Notes under the pieces: generated by a model
Told to the model about the DNA's origin: nothing
What the model saw: the letters and a program-made list of their open reading frames with translations, nothing else
Databases searched by the model: none
DNA from: Candidatus Latescibacterota bacterium
GTDB taxonomy: Bacteria > Latescibacterota > UBA2968 > UBA8231
Direction of reading: 5' to 3'
Length of the DNA stretch: 64,000 bases
Assembly: GCA_965248265.1 (NCBI GenBank)
Contig: CBDFJF010000002.1
Location: forward strand, 96,001-160,000
Translations under genes and position numbers: made by a program
Shown here: piece after piece, positions 48,850-58,283 of the stretch
How the letters are laid out: the number at the start of each line of letters is the position of its first letter
Position numbering within the stretch: the first letter of the stretch is position 1

Positions 48850-49902
48850 ATGCGAGACATCTGGGACGAGCTGACTACATGGAGTGACAACGGCCGTGCC
48901 TTTGCACTGGCTCGTGTCGTGGAGACCTGGGGCTCCTCTCCACGAGCCGTCGGGTCGGCGATGATCATCTCCGATACCACACAGGTAGCCGGTTCGGTCA
49001 GCGGTGGTTGCATCGAGGGGGCCGTCATTGAGGCCGCTGGACAGGTACTGGCGTCAGGAGAACCACAGCACCTCAACTACGGGGTCGATGACGAAACAGC
49101 CTGGTCGGTCGGGCTGTCCTGCGGGGGCGAGGTTTCCGTGTTCGTGGAAAAGCATGAGGTCGAACCAGTCCCAACCTGGAGTGCCCTGCGCACAGCCATC
49201 GCCAACAACGAGCCGTGTGTTCTGCTCAGTGTGGTCGGCGAATCCGGCAAAGGAAATGAAAGACATCCTCCTCTGCTGGTTAGGGCCGACGGCTCGACTG
49301 TTGGGGAGTGGAACTCGACGTTGGCCGCCGCGGCCGTGGAGAATGGTCTGGCCGCACACGAACAGCGCCAGAGTAGCGTAATCGAAATCGGCGAGGTGCG
49401 TGTCTTCGTCCACTTTATCGCACGACGGGAGCAGGTCCTCATCATCGGCGCCGGTCACATCTGCGTGGCCCTGGTGCAATATGCCAGCTTACTCGATCTG
49501 GACACCGTCGTCATCGAACCGCGTCAGGTGTTTGCCAGACCGGAGCGGTTCCCCGTACCGCCCACACAACTGCTGCCACGTTGGCCCGAACAGGTGCTGG
49601 ACACCTGGGACCTCAACGAAGAGACTTACGCTGTCCTGCTCACGCATGATCCCAAGATCGACGACCAGGCGTTGCACGCGCTGCTGCGCTCTCCGGTCGC
49701 CTACATCGGCGCCCTCGGGAGTCGCCGCACCCATGCCAAGCGCCGCGAACGGCTGCGCGAGGCGGGGTTCACCGATGCTGAGATCGACCGCATAGACGGC
49801 CCCATTGGTCTCGACATCGGTGCCGATACGCCTGCCGAAATCGCCATGAGTATCGCGGCCAAGCTCGTCGCGACTCGCCGGCAATCGCAGGTAACTTCAT
49901 GA
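48850..49902 (+). CDS. xdhC: XdhC/CoxF/CoxI-family molybdenum cofactor insertion chaperone
   Basis: TWGSSPR, GSVSGGCIE, GLSCGG, THDPKID, YIGALGSR, GPIGLDIG, EIAMSI. Confidence 0.93.
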   Translation: MRDIWDELTTWSDNGRAFALARVVETWGSSPRAVGSAMIISDTTQVAGSVSGGCIEGAVIEAAGQVLASGEPQHLNYGVDDETAWSVGLSCGGEVSVFVEKHEVEPVPTWSALRTAIANNEPCVLLSVVGESGKGNERHPPLLVRADGSTVGEWNSTLAAAAVENGLAAHEQRQSSVIEIGEVRVFVHFIARREQVLIIGAGHICVALVQYASLLDLDTVVIEPRQVFARPERFPVPPTQLLPRWPEQVLDTWDLNEETYAVLLTHDPKIDDQALHALLRSPVAYIGALGSRRTHAKRRERLREAGFTDAEIDRIDGPIGLDIGADTPAEIAMSIAAKLVATRRQSQVTS

Positions 49903-50519
49903 CGGTTCCGCCCTCGCCAGAGATCTCCATCGCTGGTATCGTCGTTGCCGCCGGCCTGTCTTCACGGATGGGGGGAAAGAGCAAGTTGCTGCTTCCCTGG
50001 GCGGGAGAAGGCACGATCATCGAAACCACCGTCCAGGTCCTGCTCGCCAGTGTAGTCGATGAAGTGATCGTCGTCATCGGTCACGACCGTAAACGGATTC
50101 TCAGCAAGCTCGAGCATCTGCCAGTGCGGCTCGTAGTCAACGAGAATTTCCAAGCCGGTCTATCGACGTCGATCGTGCGCGGGGTTGAGGAGGCCGGCGC
50201 GACACCAAGGGGATACCTGGTCGCACTTGCGGACATGCCGACGATTGAGACCAACACCGTCGATGTTCTGTGCGGGCAGATTGGGCGGGCCGGCAGCGCG
50301 GCCATCGCCGTGCCGGTCATGGAGAAGCGTCGCGGCCATCCGGTCGTATTCGGGCCGCAACACCGCGAAGGGTTGTTGGCGTTGTCAGGGGACAAGGGCG
50401 CGCGCGGACTGATCGAGGCGAACGAGGACAACGTGCATGAGGTGCCCGTCGAGGACATCGGTATTTTCGCCGATATCGACACCCCCGAAGCCTACGCCGA
50501 GGCTCTGCGCAAGGCCTAG
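49899..50519 (+). CDS. mocA: Molybdenum cofactor cytidylyltransferase
   Basis: AAGLSSRMG..K, GLSTSI, LADMP, GHPV, GDKGAR, DIDTP. Confidence 0.88.
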   Translation: MTVPPSPEISIAGIVVAAGLSSRMGGKSKLLLPWAGEGTIIETTVQVLLASVVDEVIVVIGHDRKRILSKLEHLPVRLVVNENFQAGLSTSIVRGVEEAGATPRGYLVALADMPTIETNTVDVLCGQIGRAGSAAIAVPVMEKRRGHPVVFGPQHREGLLALSGDKGARGLIEANEDNVHEVPVEDIGIFADIDTPEAYAEALRKA

Positions 50520-50537
50520 TGCCCTGCCGCACCTGTC

Positions 50538-51908
50538 TCAGCCTTTCCGCTCGCGAAAATCCTTGCGCCTCTGCAGTTGGCGCGCGGCCAGATCACGCAG
50601 GTTGGACGCTGTGGTCGGGCGTTCGGGTTGAGTCGCCACGGCCGCGTCCGTGGCCGTTGGTTCAAGCGTGGTCGTGTCAGACTTCATCCATGGCCGCGGA
50701 CCACGCCGGGCACGGGGCATGCTCTTGCTGCCGCGCAGTTGCCCGACGATGCCGGCGAGGGCGCGCAAACTGGCGAGGTTGTGGGCGGGAGCAAACAGGT
50801 CTACATGCGAGAGCGCTGCCAGCATGCCTTTGGTCTCTGGTCGATAGTTCTCGTTTCCCAACAGCGGATTGAGCCAAATCAGACAGCGACAGCGCCCGCG
50901 GATGCCCTCCGTTGCCGAGGCGAGTCGCTCAGCCTCGCCCGTATCCCAACCATCGCTGAGGACGAAGACGACGGTATGTGGATCCAGCAGGCGGTTGCCG
51001 TGCTCTGCCAGAAAATGGTCCAGTGAGGCGCCGATCCTTGTGCCGCCCGACCAGCCCGGGGCGTGCTCGGGAAGGCGGGCCAGCACACCGTCCATATCCT
51101 CCGAACGAAACAGATCCGTGAGACGATACAGGCTGGTGCTGAAGGCGAAGGTCTCGATGCGTCGGTAGGCGCGTTGAAACGCGTAGATGAATTGGATTAG
51201 GAAGCGGCTATAGAGGTCCATGGACCGTGACACGTCACACAGCAGCACCAGCTTGAGGCGTCGCGGCCGCCGCCGTTTGAAACGCAGGTCGATGAGGTCG
51301 CCGCGCTTGCCCAAATTGCGTCGCAAGGTGCGCCTCAAGTCGAGTTGGCCGCCGCGCCGGTTGGAGAGCCGGTAACGCCGGTTGAGGCGCTTGGCCAGGC
51401 GCTTGGCGATCTGGACGACAACCCGGTTGATGTCTTCGAGCTCATCCGCCTGGAAGTGAGCGAAGTCGTGCTGCGCCAGTACTTCTATAGGGCTGAAGCC
51501 GGCCACCTCTTCTTCGTCTTCGGGCTCCTCTCCCTTGAACCAGTCTCTGACGTTGACGAACGAGCCGCTCTGCTGCCTGGGCGTGTCCTCTGAGGGCTCA
51601 ACGGTCTCTTCGGTTTTTTGTTGCTGACGCAGCAGATCGGAGGCCCGATCCCAGACCATCCAATAGTCGTGGAAGAGTTCGTCGAACTGCGCCTGCTCAC
51701 CCGGGCTCTTGGCCAGAGTCGTGCGCAATGCCATATAAAATTGTTCGGGCGAGGAGAGGTCGATCTCTCTCAATGTCTGCAGGGCCAGCGTGGCTTCGCC
51801 CGGACCGATCATCAAGCCTCGCTGGCGAAGAAGCCTGCAGAAGGCGACGGTGTTGGCGCTCAATTCGCCCCGCAGCGCCATCTCCGGACTGGAATCGTTG
51901 CTCGACAC
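50538..51908 (-). CDS. coxE: VWA-domain protein CoxE
   Basis: LDLRRTLR, MIDAS CDVSRSM, FSTSL, WSGGTRIG, LSDGWDTG, WLNPL. Confidence 0.9.
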   Translation of the reverse strand: MSSNDSSPEMALRGELSANTVAFCRLLRQRGLMIGPGEATLALQTLREIDLSSPEQFYMALRTTLAKSPGEQAQFDELFHDYWMVWDRASDLLRQQQKTEETVEPSEDTPRQQSGSFVNVRDWFKGEEPEDEEEVAGFSPIEVLAQHDFAHFQADELEDINRVVVQIAKRLAKRLNRRYRLSNRRGGQLDLRRTLRRNLGKRGDLIDLRFKRRRPRRLKLVLLCDVSRSMDLYSRFLIQFIYAFQRAYRRIETFAFSTSLYRLTDLFRSEDMDGVLARLPEHAPGWSGGTRIGASLDHFLAEHGNRLLDPHTVVFVLSDGWDTGEAERLASATEGIRGRCRCLIWLNPLLGNENYRPETKGMLAALSHVDLFAPAHNLASLRALAGIVGQLRGSKSMPRARRGPRPWMKSDTTTLEPTATDAAVATQPERPTTASNLRDLAARQLQRRKDFRERKG

Positions 51909-51932
51909 GTGTTCGTGGACGGGTTAGGGAAG

Positions 51933-52838
51933 TTACTGTGCGCCGGGCGCCGGCTTGGCCCTGACGCCGACGGCGGCCAGGAACTCCTCCAGGGACTGGC
52001 GCATGTGCGATACATCGCTCCAGTCCTTGAAGACGATCCCGAGGGTGTCCTCTACGGTCTGGGGATCCAGGTGCTCGCGGTGCAGGGCTACGAGGGCGCG
52101 AGCCCAGTCAAGGGTCTCGGCGATACCGGGCGTTTTCTCCAGCTTCTGCTGGCGGACCTTTTCCATGAAACGACAGATTTCGCTCGCCAACTCGGCATCG
52201 AGTCCATCCACCTTGCCGCGGACGATGGACAATTCCTTGTCGTAGTCGGGGTAGTCGATCCACAGATAAAAGCACCGTCGCCGGATGGCGTCGGAGAGCT
52301 CGCGAGTGCGGTTGCTGGTGATGATGACATGCGGGATGAAGGTGGCTTTGACGGTGCCCAGTTCGGGAATGGAGACCTGCCAGTCAGACAGCACTTCCAG
52401 TAGAAAGCTTTCGAACTCTTCGTCGGCACGGTCGAGCTCGTCGATGAGGAGGACGGGCGGGCAGTGATGGGTGATGGCGCGCAACAAGGGTCTCTTGAGC
52501 AGGAAGGCATCGCTGAAGATGGATGCCTCCTTGTCGGTCGTCGACATCTCCGTACGCTCGTCGATCTTCAACTGCAGCAGCTGTCGCTGGTAGTTCCACT
52601 CGTAGAGCGCAGTGCTGGTATCCAGTCCTTCGTAGCACTGCAGCCGGATCAACTCGGTGTCGAGTGCCTGCGACATCACCTTGGCGATCTCGGTCTTGCC
52701 GACTCCGGCGGGACCTTCGACGAGCAGAGGTTTCTTGAGTTGCCTGGCCAAGTGAACGGACATGGCCACTCCGGGTTCGGCCATGTAGTTCTGGCTCAGC
52801 AGCATCTCTTGAACTGCTGATACATCCGTATTGGTCAT
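51933..52838 (-). CDS. coxD: MoxR-family AAA+ ATPase CoxD
   Basis: GPAGVGKT, RLQCYEGLD, YEWNYQRQ, LLIDELDRADEEFE, RRRC. Confidence 0.92.
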   Translation of the reverse strand: MTNTDVSAVQEMLLSQNYMAEPGVAMSVHLARQLKKPLLVEGPAGVGKTEIAKVMSQALDTELIRLQCYEGLDTSTALYEWNYQRQLLQLKIDERTEMSTTDKEASIFSDAFLLKRPLLRAITHHCPPVLLIDELDRADEEFESFLLEVLSDWQVSIPELGTVKATFIPHVIITSNRTRELSDAIRRRCFYLWIDYPDYDKELSIVRGKVDGLDAELASEICRFMEKVRQQKLEKTPGIAETLDWARALVALHREHLDPQTVEDTLGIVFKDWSDVSHMRQSLEEFLAAVGVRAKPAPGAQ

Positions 52839-52904
52839 GGCGTTAGAATATGCTCGGGGGCCAATCGGGGGCAAGAATCCAGGCGGGATGTATATTAACA
52901 CTCC

Positions 52905-52938
52905 TCAATCGCGTTCAAACTTCAATCGCGTTCAAACT
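52905..52938. repeat. Perfect 17-bp tandem duplication in the coxD-moaA intergenic region
   Basis: TCAATCGCGTTCAAACT x2. Confidence 0.85.
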
Positions 52939-52959
52939 TCCCGATTCCGGATTTCGACG

Positions 52960-54006
52960 ATGGCCCATCCCGGGGCGCTTCCGAGCGCGGCGACAGACCA
53001 ATGGCGCAGACCACTGAAGAGCCTGCGCATTTCCGTTATCGATCGCTGTGATCTGCGTTGCGCCTATTGCATGCCGGAAGAGGACTACGTCTGGCTTCCC
53101 AACCAGGACATCCTGACCTTCGATGAAATCAACCGGCTGGTCGATGCCTTTATAGTTGCCGGCGTTACCAAGGTTCGTCTGACCGGGGGTGAGCCGCTGC
53201 TGCGCGGCAGCCTGGTGGACCTGGTCTCCTCATTGGCACAAAAGGAAGATCTCGAGGACCTGGCGCTGACGACGAACGGGACGCAGCTGTTGAAGTGGGC
53301 CGGACCGCTCGCCGAAGCAGGGTTGAAACGGGTCACCGTCAGCCTGGATTCGCTCAATCCGGCACGACTTGAGACACTGACTCGCCGGGCGGTGCTGGAT
53401 AGCGTGGTCGGCGGGATTCGCGAGGCGGGCAGGGTGGGGTTCTCCGAAGTAAAGCTGAACACCGTGGTCATGCGCCACTTCAACGACGATGAAATCATCG
53501 ACTTCATCGAATTCGGCAAGGAGGTAGGAGCCGAGGTCCGTTTCATCGAGTACATGGACGTCGGCGGCGCCACCCTGTGGTCGATGGAGCGGGTGTTCTC
53601 GAAGGCTGACATGCTCGCCTGCATCGAAGATCACTTTGGTCCAGCCCAGCCGCAGAGCCAGCGCGGGGCGGCTCCGGCCGAGCGCTATCGTCTTGCGGAT
53701 GGCACCGGGTTCGGCATCATCGCTTCGACGACCGAGCCTTTCTGCCGCACCTGCGACCGCAGCCGATTGACGGCCGACGGGATGTGGTACCTGTGCCTGT
53801 ACGGTGCTGCCGGCATCAATCTGCGCGATCAGGTTCGCGACGGACTTACAGACGCCGATCTGGTCGCCATGATTCGCCGACTCTGGGGTGATCGCGATGA
53901 TCTTGGTGCGGAAGAGCGCCATGCCGATCCGGCACGGGGCGTGCTCTACCAGGCGGATCAGCTCAGAGAGGACCCACACAAGGAAATGCACACCCGAGGG
54001 GGGTGA
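52960..54006 (+). CDS. moaA: GTP 3',8-cyclase (radical SAM)
   Basis: LRISVIDRCDLRCAYCMP, RLTGGEPL, FCRTCDRSRLTADG...CL, C-terminal GG. Confidence 0.96.
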   Translation: MAHPGALPSAATDQWRRPLKSLRISVIDRCDLRCAYCMPEEDYVWLPNQDILTFDEINRLVDAFIVAGVTKVRLTGGEPLLRGSLVDLVSSLAQKEDLEDLALTTNGTQLLKWAGPLAEAGLKRVTVSLDSLNPARLETLTRRAVLDSVVGGIREAGRVGFSEVKLNTVVMRHFNDDEIIDFIEFGKEVGAEVRFIEYMDVGGATLWSMERVFSKADMLACIEDHFGPAQPQSQRGAAPAERYRLADGTGFGIIASTTEPFCRTCDRSRLTADGMWYLCLYGAAGINLRDQVRDGLTDADLVAMIRRLWGDRDDLGAEERHADPARGVLYQADQLREDPHKEMHTRGG

Positions 54007-54023
54007 GGAGGGAGGAGGGTAGA

Positions 54024-56330
54024 ATGGACTACAACGGCGCCAGACGCTTTCTGGACACCCTGCCGGATTGGGAAGCGGGCAATCCCCACCCGGGTGCCGT
54101 GGAAGACTATCTGCCGCGGACACGGGCACTGCTGGGCTGTCTCGGTGATCCACAACTCCGCTTTCGCACCCTCCTCGTCGGCGGCACCAACGGCAAGGGC
54201 ACGGTCTGCAGTCTGGCCGCCGGCCTGCTGCAGGATGCAGGCTACCGAGCCGGGCTCTTCACCTCTCCCCATTTACACACACTGCGCGAGCGGATTCAGA
54301 TAGACGGTCAGTTGTTGAGCAAGGATTTGTGGGCTGAGGGTGTCTCAACCCTGTTCGATCGCAGCCGCTCCCTTAGCTACACCAACGCCAAAGGCTCGTT
54401 CTCGAAATTTGAGGCCCTGACGGTGCTGGCGGCGCATCTATTCGCATCGCAGGAGGTGGAGATCGCCGTGTTCGAGGTCGGTTTGGGCGGACGCTACGAT
54501 GCGACCAACGCGTGGGATGCCGATACCTCCGTACTCACCTCGATATCCCTCGACCACACCGCCATTCTCGGGAATGATCTGCCCTCCATCGCCGCGGAGA
54601 AGCTGTGCATAGCGCGTCCACATCGCACGCTGCTGACGACCTCGCAGCAGTCGCCGGAGGTAGCGGAGTTTCTACAGCGCGAGTGTGATCAACGGCAAAT
54701 CTCACTGCTGGTCGCCGGCGACGACGGTGTCGAGGTCAATACGATAGATCGTACGAACGGGCGACGGCACAGGCCGTACCGGTGGAATCCGCTAAATACT
54801 GTAGCAAAACCGGCAGCAAAACAGGTCGCACGCCCACGCAGTTACTCCGACAACGCTCGCCTGGCCATAGCTGCTGTCGAAGAGATACTCCCGCATGAGC
54901 GTGTGCCCTCATCCGAACGGGTGAAGCAGCTTGTCGAGGATCATCGCTGGCCCGGTCGCTTCGAAGTGGCGGGGGAGGACGACGAGGAGCCGCTTGTCCT
55001 GGACGGCGCTCATAATCCGGCCGCTGCTGCCGCACTGACCGAGGATTTGAGAGCGCTCAAGCCAGGTGAGTGGATCTTGATCGTAGGTGTCAATGCAGGG
55101 CATGACGCACAAGGCATACTGAAGGCGTTGTCATCGTGTGCGCGCCGGTTAATCCTCACGGCATCCGATCATCCCAAGGCGATGTCGACGAAGAAGCTGC
55201 GCGACCTGGTCCCGGCCGGGGTGCCGGTCGGCGAGTCCGCCAACATCATCGACGCCATCGACTCAGTCGCCGAAGACGGCAGTCCCGTGTGCATAACCGG
55301 TTCGCTCAATCTGGTGGCACGAGCACGCGAGTACCTGAACCTGCGTTTCGAACGCGAAGGCATCTCAGAAGAGGTGGCGCTGGAGAGTCTGGTGTGCGTC
55401 GAGGCCGCGTGCCGCAACGTTGGACTCAAGAGTGAACGCGCCTCTGAAAACGGCAACGTGCTGCGCGTGCTGGCGCCGTGGGGTCCAGCCTATTTTCTGC
55501 GCAACAAGCATCCGTTTAACGACTATGTGTCGGCTCGTCTGGCCGAAGACAAGGGCTACCAGCACGAGCTGTTTGCTCAAGGCGGGGTGCCCGCGCCCCA
55601 GACACTGCAGCTGTTCAACCCTTACGCGGATGATCGCTTTAACCGTTATAAAACCCATCGGTCAATTAGCGCCATGGTCGACTATGTCGAGGAGCATCTA
55701 GATTATCAGGTGGTGGTCAAGAAGTACCGCAGCTCTGTTTCACAGGGGGTCTATCTCGAGCGCAACGGCGAGGCGTTGGCCAATCGTTTGCAGAGTCTGT
55801 TCGAGCACAGCAGCTTTCTGGACAACACGGTGATGATCCAGGAATACGTCAGCGGTCCTGAGCTTCGCATCGTCGCGAGTCAGGGTGAACTATTGCTGGC
55901 GTATGAGAAGCAGGGTGACGGTACGGATGCCGGTGACGATCTGAATCCGCTTCACGGCTCCACCGGGGTGGCTGTAAGGGTAGAAGACGACGGCATCCTG
56001 AATGAACTCTCAACGGTCTGTGAGCGCATCCACTCGGTATTGGCTCTGGGCTTTTACGCCGTCGATTTGATCTGGCGGCAGGGGCCGGTGGTGCTGGAAC
56101 TGAACCCGAATCCGTTCTGCTACTTCTACAACCTCGCCAACGGGCGGGCAGAGTTCGTGCAGATCTATGAACGTCTGCTGAATCGCTTCCTCGGGGCATA
56201 TAGTGGTTCTGAAGTTGGTCAAAAGGAGCACGCGCAACTAGTATATTATACAGGTGGTTATGATGCTTCATCAGCAAAATCTCAACCTTCGCTGAAAACT
56301 GCCGATGGTAAAAACGGATCTGGTGTGTAA
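54024..56330 (+). CDS. folC: FolC (folylpolyglutamate/dihydrofolate synthase) fused to a C-terminal ATP-grasp ligase domain
   Basis: GTNGKGT, FTSPHL, EVGLGGRYDATN, SLDHT, WPGRFE, DGAHN; then DK...VPAPQT, VVVK...SQGV, IQEYV, ELRI, AVDL, LELNPNP. Confidence 0.88.
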   Translation: MDYNGARRFLDTLPDWEAGNPHPGAVEDYLPRTRALLGCLGDPQLRFRTLLVGGTNGKGTVCSLAAGLLQDAGYRAGLFTSPHLHTLRERIQIDGQLLSKDLWAEGVSTLFDRSRSLSYTNAKGSFSKFEALTVLAAHLFASQEVEIAVFEVGLGGRYDATNAWDADTSVLTSISLDHTAILGNDLPSIAAEKLCIARPHRTLLTTSQQSPEVAEFLQRECDQRQISLLVAGDDGVEVNTIDRTNGRRHRPYRWNPLNTVAKPAAKQVARPRSYSDNARLAIAAVEEILPHERVPSSERVKQLVEDHRWPGRFEVAGEDDEEPLVLDGAHNPAAAAALTEDLRALKPGEWILIVGVNAGHDAQGILKALSSCARRLILTASDHPKAMSTKKLRDLVPAGVPVGESANIIDAIDSVAEDGSPVCITGSLNLVARAREYLNLRFEREGISEEVALESLVCVEAACRNVGLKSERASENGNVLRVLAPWGPAYFLRNKHPFNDYVSARLAEDKGYQHELFAQGGVPAPQTLQLFNPYADDRFNRYKTHRSISAMVDYVEEHLDYQVVVKKYRSSVSQGVYLERNGEALANRLQSLFEHSSFLDNTVMIQEYVSGPELRIVASQGELLLAYEKQGDGTDAGDDLNPLHGSTGVAVRVEDDGILNELSTVCERIHSVLALGFYAVDLIWRQGPVVLELNPNPFCYFYNLANGRAEFVQIYERLLNRFLGAYSGSEVGQKEHAQLVYYTGGYDASSAKSQPSLKTADGKNGSGV

Positions 56331-56425
56331 TCGGTGTGGGATGGATGCAAACACACCGGCTCCTACCTCCTAATCCTCCTTAGGGTAGCCCCCTGTCGTC
56401 ACGCCTGACGACCGGGGGCAATTTT

Positions 56426-56984
56426 TTACAGGATACCGTAGCGATCGAAGACGACCCGGGGAGAATCGCCGGCCTCGAGATCTCGCCGGACGGTATTCTC
56501 GCCCTCCAGTTTTTCGAGAGAGCGGCGCAGGACCTCAGCGCCAATATCCTGCGGAATCGCCACGACCCCCTCGACGTCGGCGAGGATGAAATCACCCGGG
56601 CTGATGCTCACGCAACCGCACTCAATTGGTACGTTGACGGCCGACGGCAGGCAACGGCCGTGTGAGTCGAGTGGCGAATACCCCCGGCTGAAACAGGCGA
56701 AGCCCATGTCGTTCATCTCACGGACGTCTCGCACTAAACCATCGGTAACGACGGCATGGACGCCGCGAGCCTGGGCCGCCGTCGACAACAGTCCACCCCA
56801 CAGACCCGACCTCCGCTCGCCGTTGGTGGCGATGACGACGACATCACCTGGTTGCATGTGATTCATAGGCCTCGTTAGCGTGGGCGTCGAGGGTGAGTGC
56901 GCGTCCGGCGACCTGCTGCCCTTCCTGGGCGGGACGCACGCCGCTGTCCATGGCCTGCTCGCGGTAGCCGATCTTGTCCATCAT
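56426..56984 (-). pseudogene. RraA/HMG-aldolase family gene split by a frameshift
   Basis: Frame 1 (56984-56844) MMDKIGYREQAMDSGVRP...VAGRALT; frame 2 (56866-56426) PGDVVV...WGGLLS...DGLVRD...PGDFILAD.EGVVAIP. Confidence 0.7.
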
Positions 56985-57024
56985 GATGTGCCTCTCGATC
57001 GTGCGGTGAAGGGTCAGGGGAGTT

Positions 57025-58167
57025 CTATGAATCCTGCTCGTGATGACGGGTCGACGGTAGAAACAGGGCGAGCAGACCGGTTGGAAGTGTCAGGCAGGCC
57101 ACACCCGCCAGGGTCGGGACTATGCCGACCATATCGGCAACGTAGCCGATGGGACCGTAGGCCAGACTGGCCAGACTCCAGGAAAAGCCCAGAGTGAGAC
57201 TGGAGGCGAGTCCGGAATTCTGCGGTGCGATCTCTTGGGCCATGGAAATGGTCAGGGGATTGGATGATAACACGAGAAAACCGCCAAACGCCAGCAGCAG
57301 GTAGTGCGAGAGTCCGTCGGCGTAGAGCGATGCCACGAGTACGGGGCCCGACAACAGAATGGAGCCCCAGATCAACGGTTTGGCGTGGTAGCGGTCGGCG
57401 AGGTAACCGGCGAGCAGGCTGCCGCACACACCGGCCAGGCTATAGACGCCCAGCGGGATGCCGACATAGGCGCTGCTGAGCCCGCGCTGGTCCGCCAGGA
57501 TCGGCAAGAAGATGCCCATTCCCATGGCGGTGATCGTTCGCATGAAGGCGACGGCCGTCACCAGCATCAACGGCCGTACGCGACCGCGCAATACGTCGCG
57601 AATCGACTGCCCTCGAGTCGTGACCTGCGGGTTGTCAAGGGGGACGAAGCGCAGGAGCAACAGCGCGAAGACGACTCCAAACGGCATCAGGACGGGCAAC
57701 CAGTGCAGTCCCAGGCGGTCGGCAAAGTAGGGTGCCCACCAGGGTGTGAGACCGATGCCGAGGGTGCCGCCGAACACGAAGACGGATATGCCAAAGGAGC
57801 GCCGCGGCTGGCTCAACTCTCCCACCAGGGAGAACACCTGGGGATGAAAGGCGGCGACGCCAATCCCACCCAGAAACAAGATCACCAGCAACATGGGGTA
57901 GGTGTTCGCCACGCCCATCAGCGGCATGACACTGGCCAGCACCAAACCACCGATGACCAGGCGGCGCCTCTTCATGCGGTCGCCCCAGACTCCCATGAAG
58001 GGCTGAGTGAAGCTGGTGATGCTGAAGAAGGAGGCGAGCAATCCCGCCGCCGCCAGGTTCAACCCCATCTTCGCCATCATCAGCGGCAGCAGGGGGGCCA
58101 GCAGGGTGGCGTAGGTGTCGACGCAGAAGTGCGACGCAGTTACGACGAGGAGTTTAGACTTCTGCAT
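57025..58167 (-). CDS. MFS transporter (Fsr-like)
   Basis: HFCVD, QPFMGVWGDR, AAFHP, GYLADRY; about 12 TM helices. Confidence 0.9.
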   Translation of the reverse strand: MQKSKLLVVTASHFCVDTYATLLAPLLPLMMAKMGLNLAAAGLLASFFSITSFTQPFMGVWGDRMKRRRLVIGGLVLASVMPLMGVANTYPMLLVILFLGGIGVAAFHPQVFSLVGELSQPRRSFGISVFVFGGTLGIGLTPWWAPYFADRLGLHWLPVLMPFGVVFALLLLRFVPLDNPQVTTRGQSIRDVLRGRVRPLMLVTAVAFMRTITAMGMGIFLPILADQRGLSSAYVGIPLGVYSLAGVCGSLLAGYLADRYHAKPLIWGSILLSGPVLVASLYADGLSHYLLLAFGGFLVLSSNPLTISMAQEIAPQNSGLASSLTLGFSWSLASLAYGPIGYVADMVGIVPTLAGVACLTLPTGLLALFLPSTRHHEQDS

Positions 58168-58202
58168 CGAGAGATCCTAGCGTTGTTTTGCGGCAGGCTC
58201 GC

Positions 58203-58249
58203 ACATAAATGGGGTGTCCGCCCGATGACGGACACCCCAATTGTATGTA
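58203..58249. terminator. Strong intergenic hairpin between the FAH and MFS genes
   Basis: GGGGTGTCCG/CGGACACCCC stem with AT-rich flanks. Confidence 0.55.
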
Positions 58250-58283
58250 CTGCCGTCCGTACTGTAGCTACTAGAGGGTGAGT

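Noticed and set aside
52840-52960. Moco riboswitch before moaA
   Set aside because: The region is short, shared with the divergent coxD promoter, and has no recognisable multi-stem motif
54024-56330. Cyanophycin synthetase CphA
   Set aside because: Domain order is reversed, the Mur-like part has FolC-specific motifs, and no cphB is nearby
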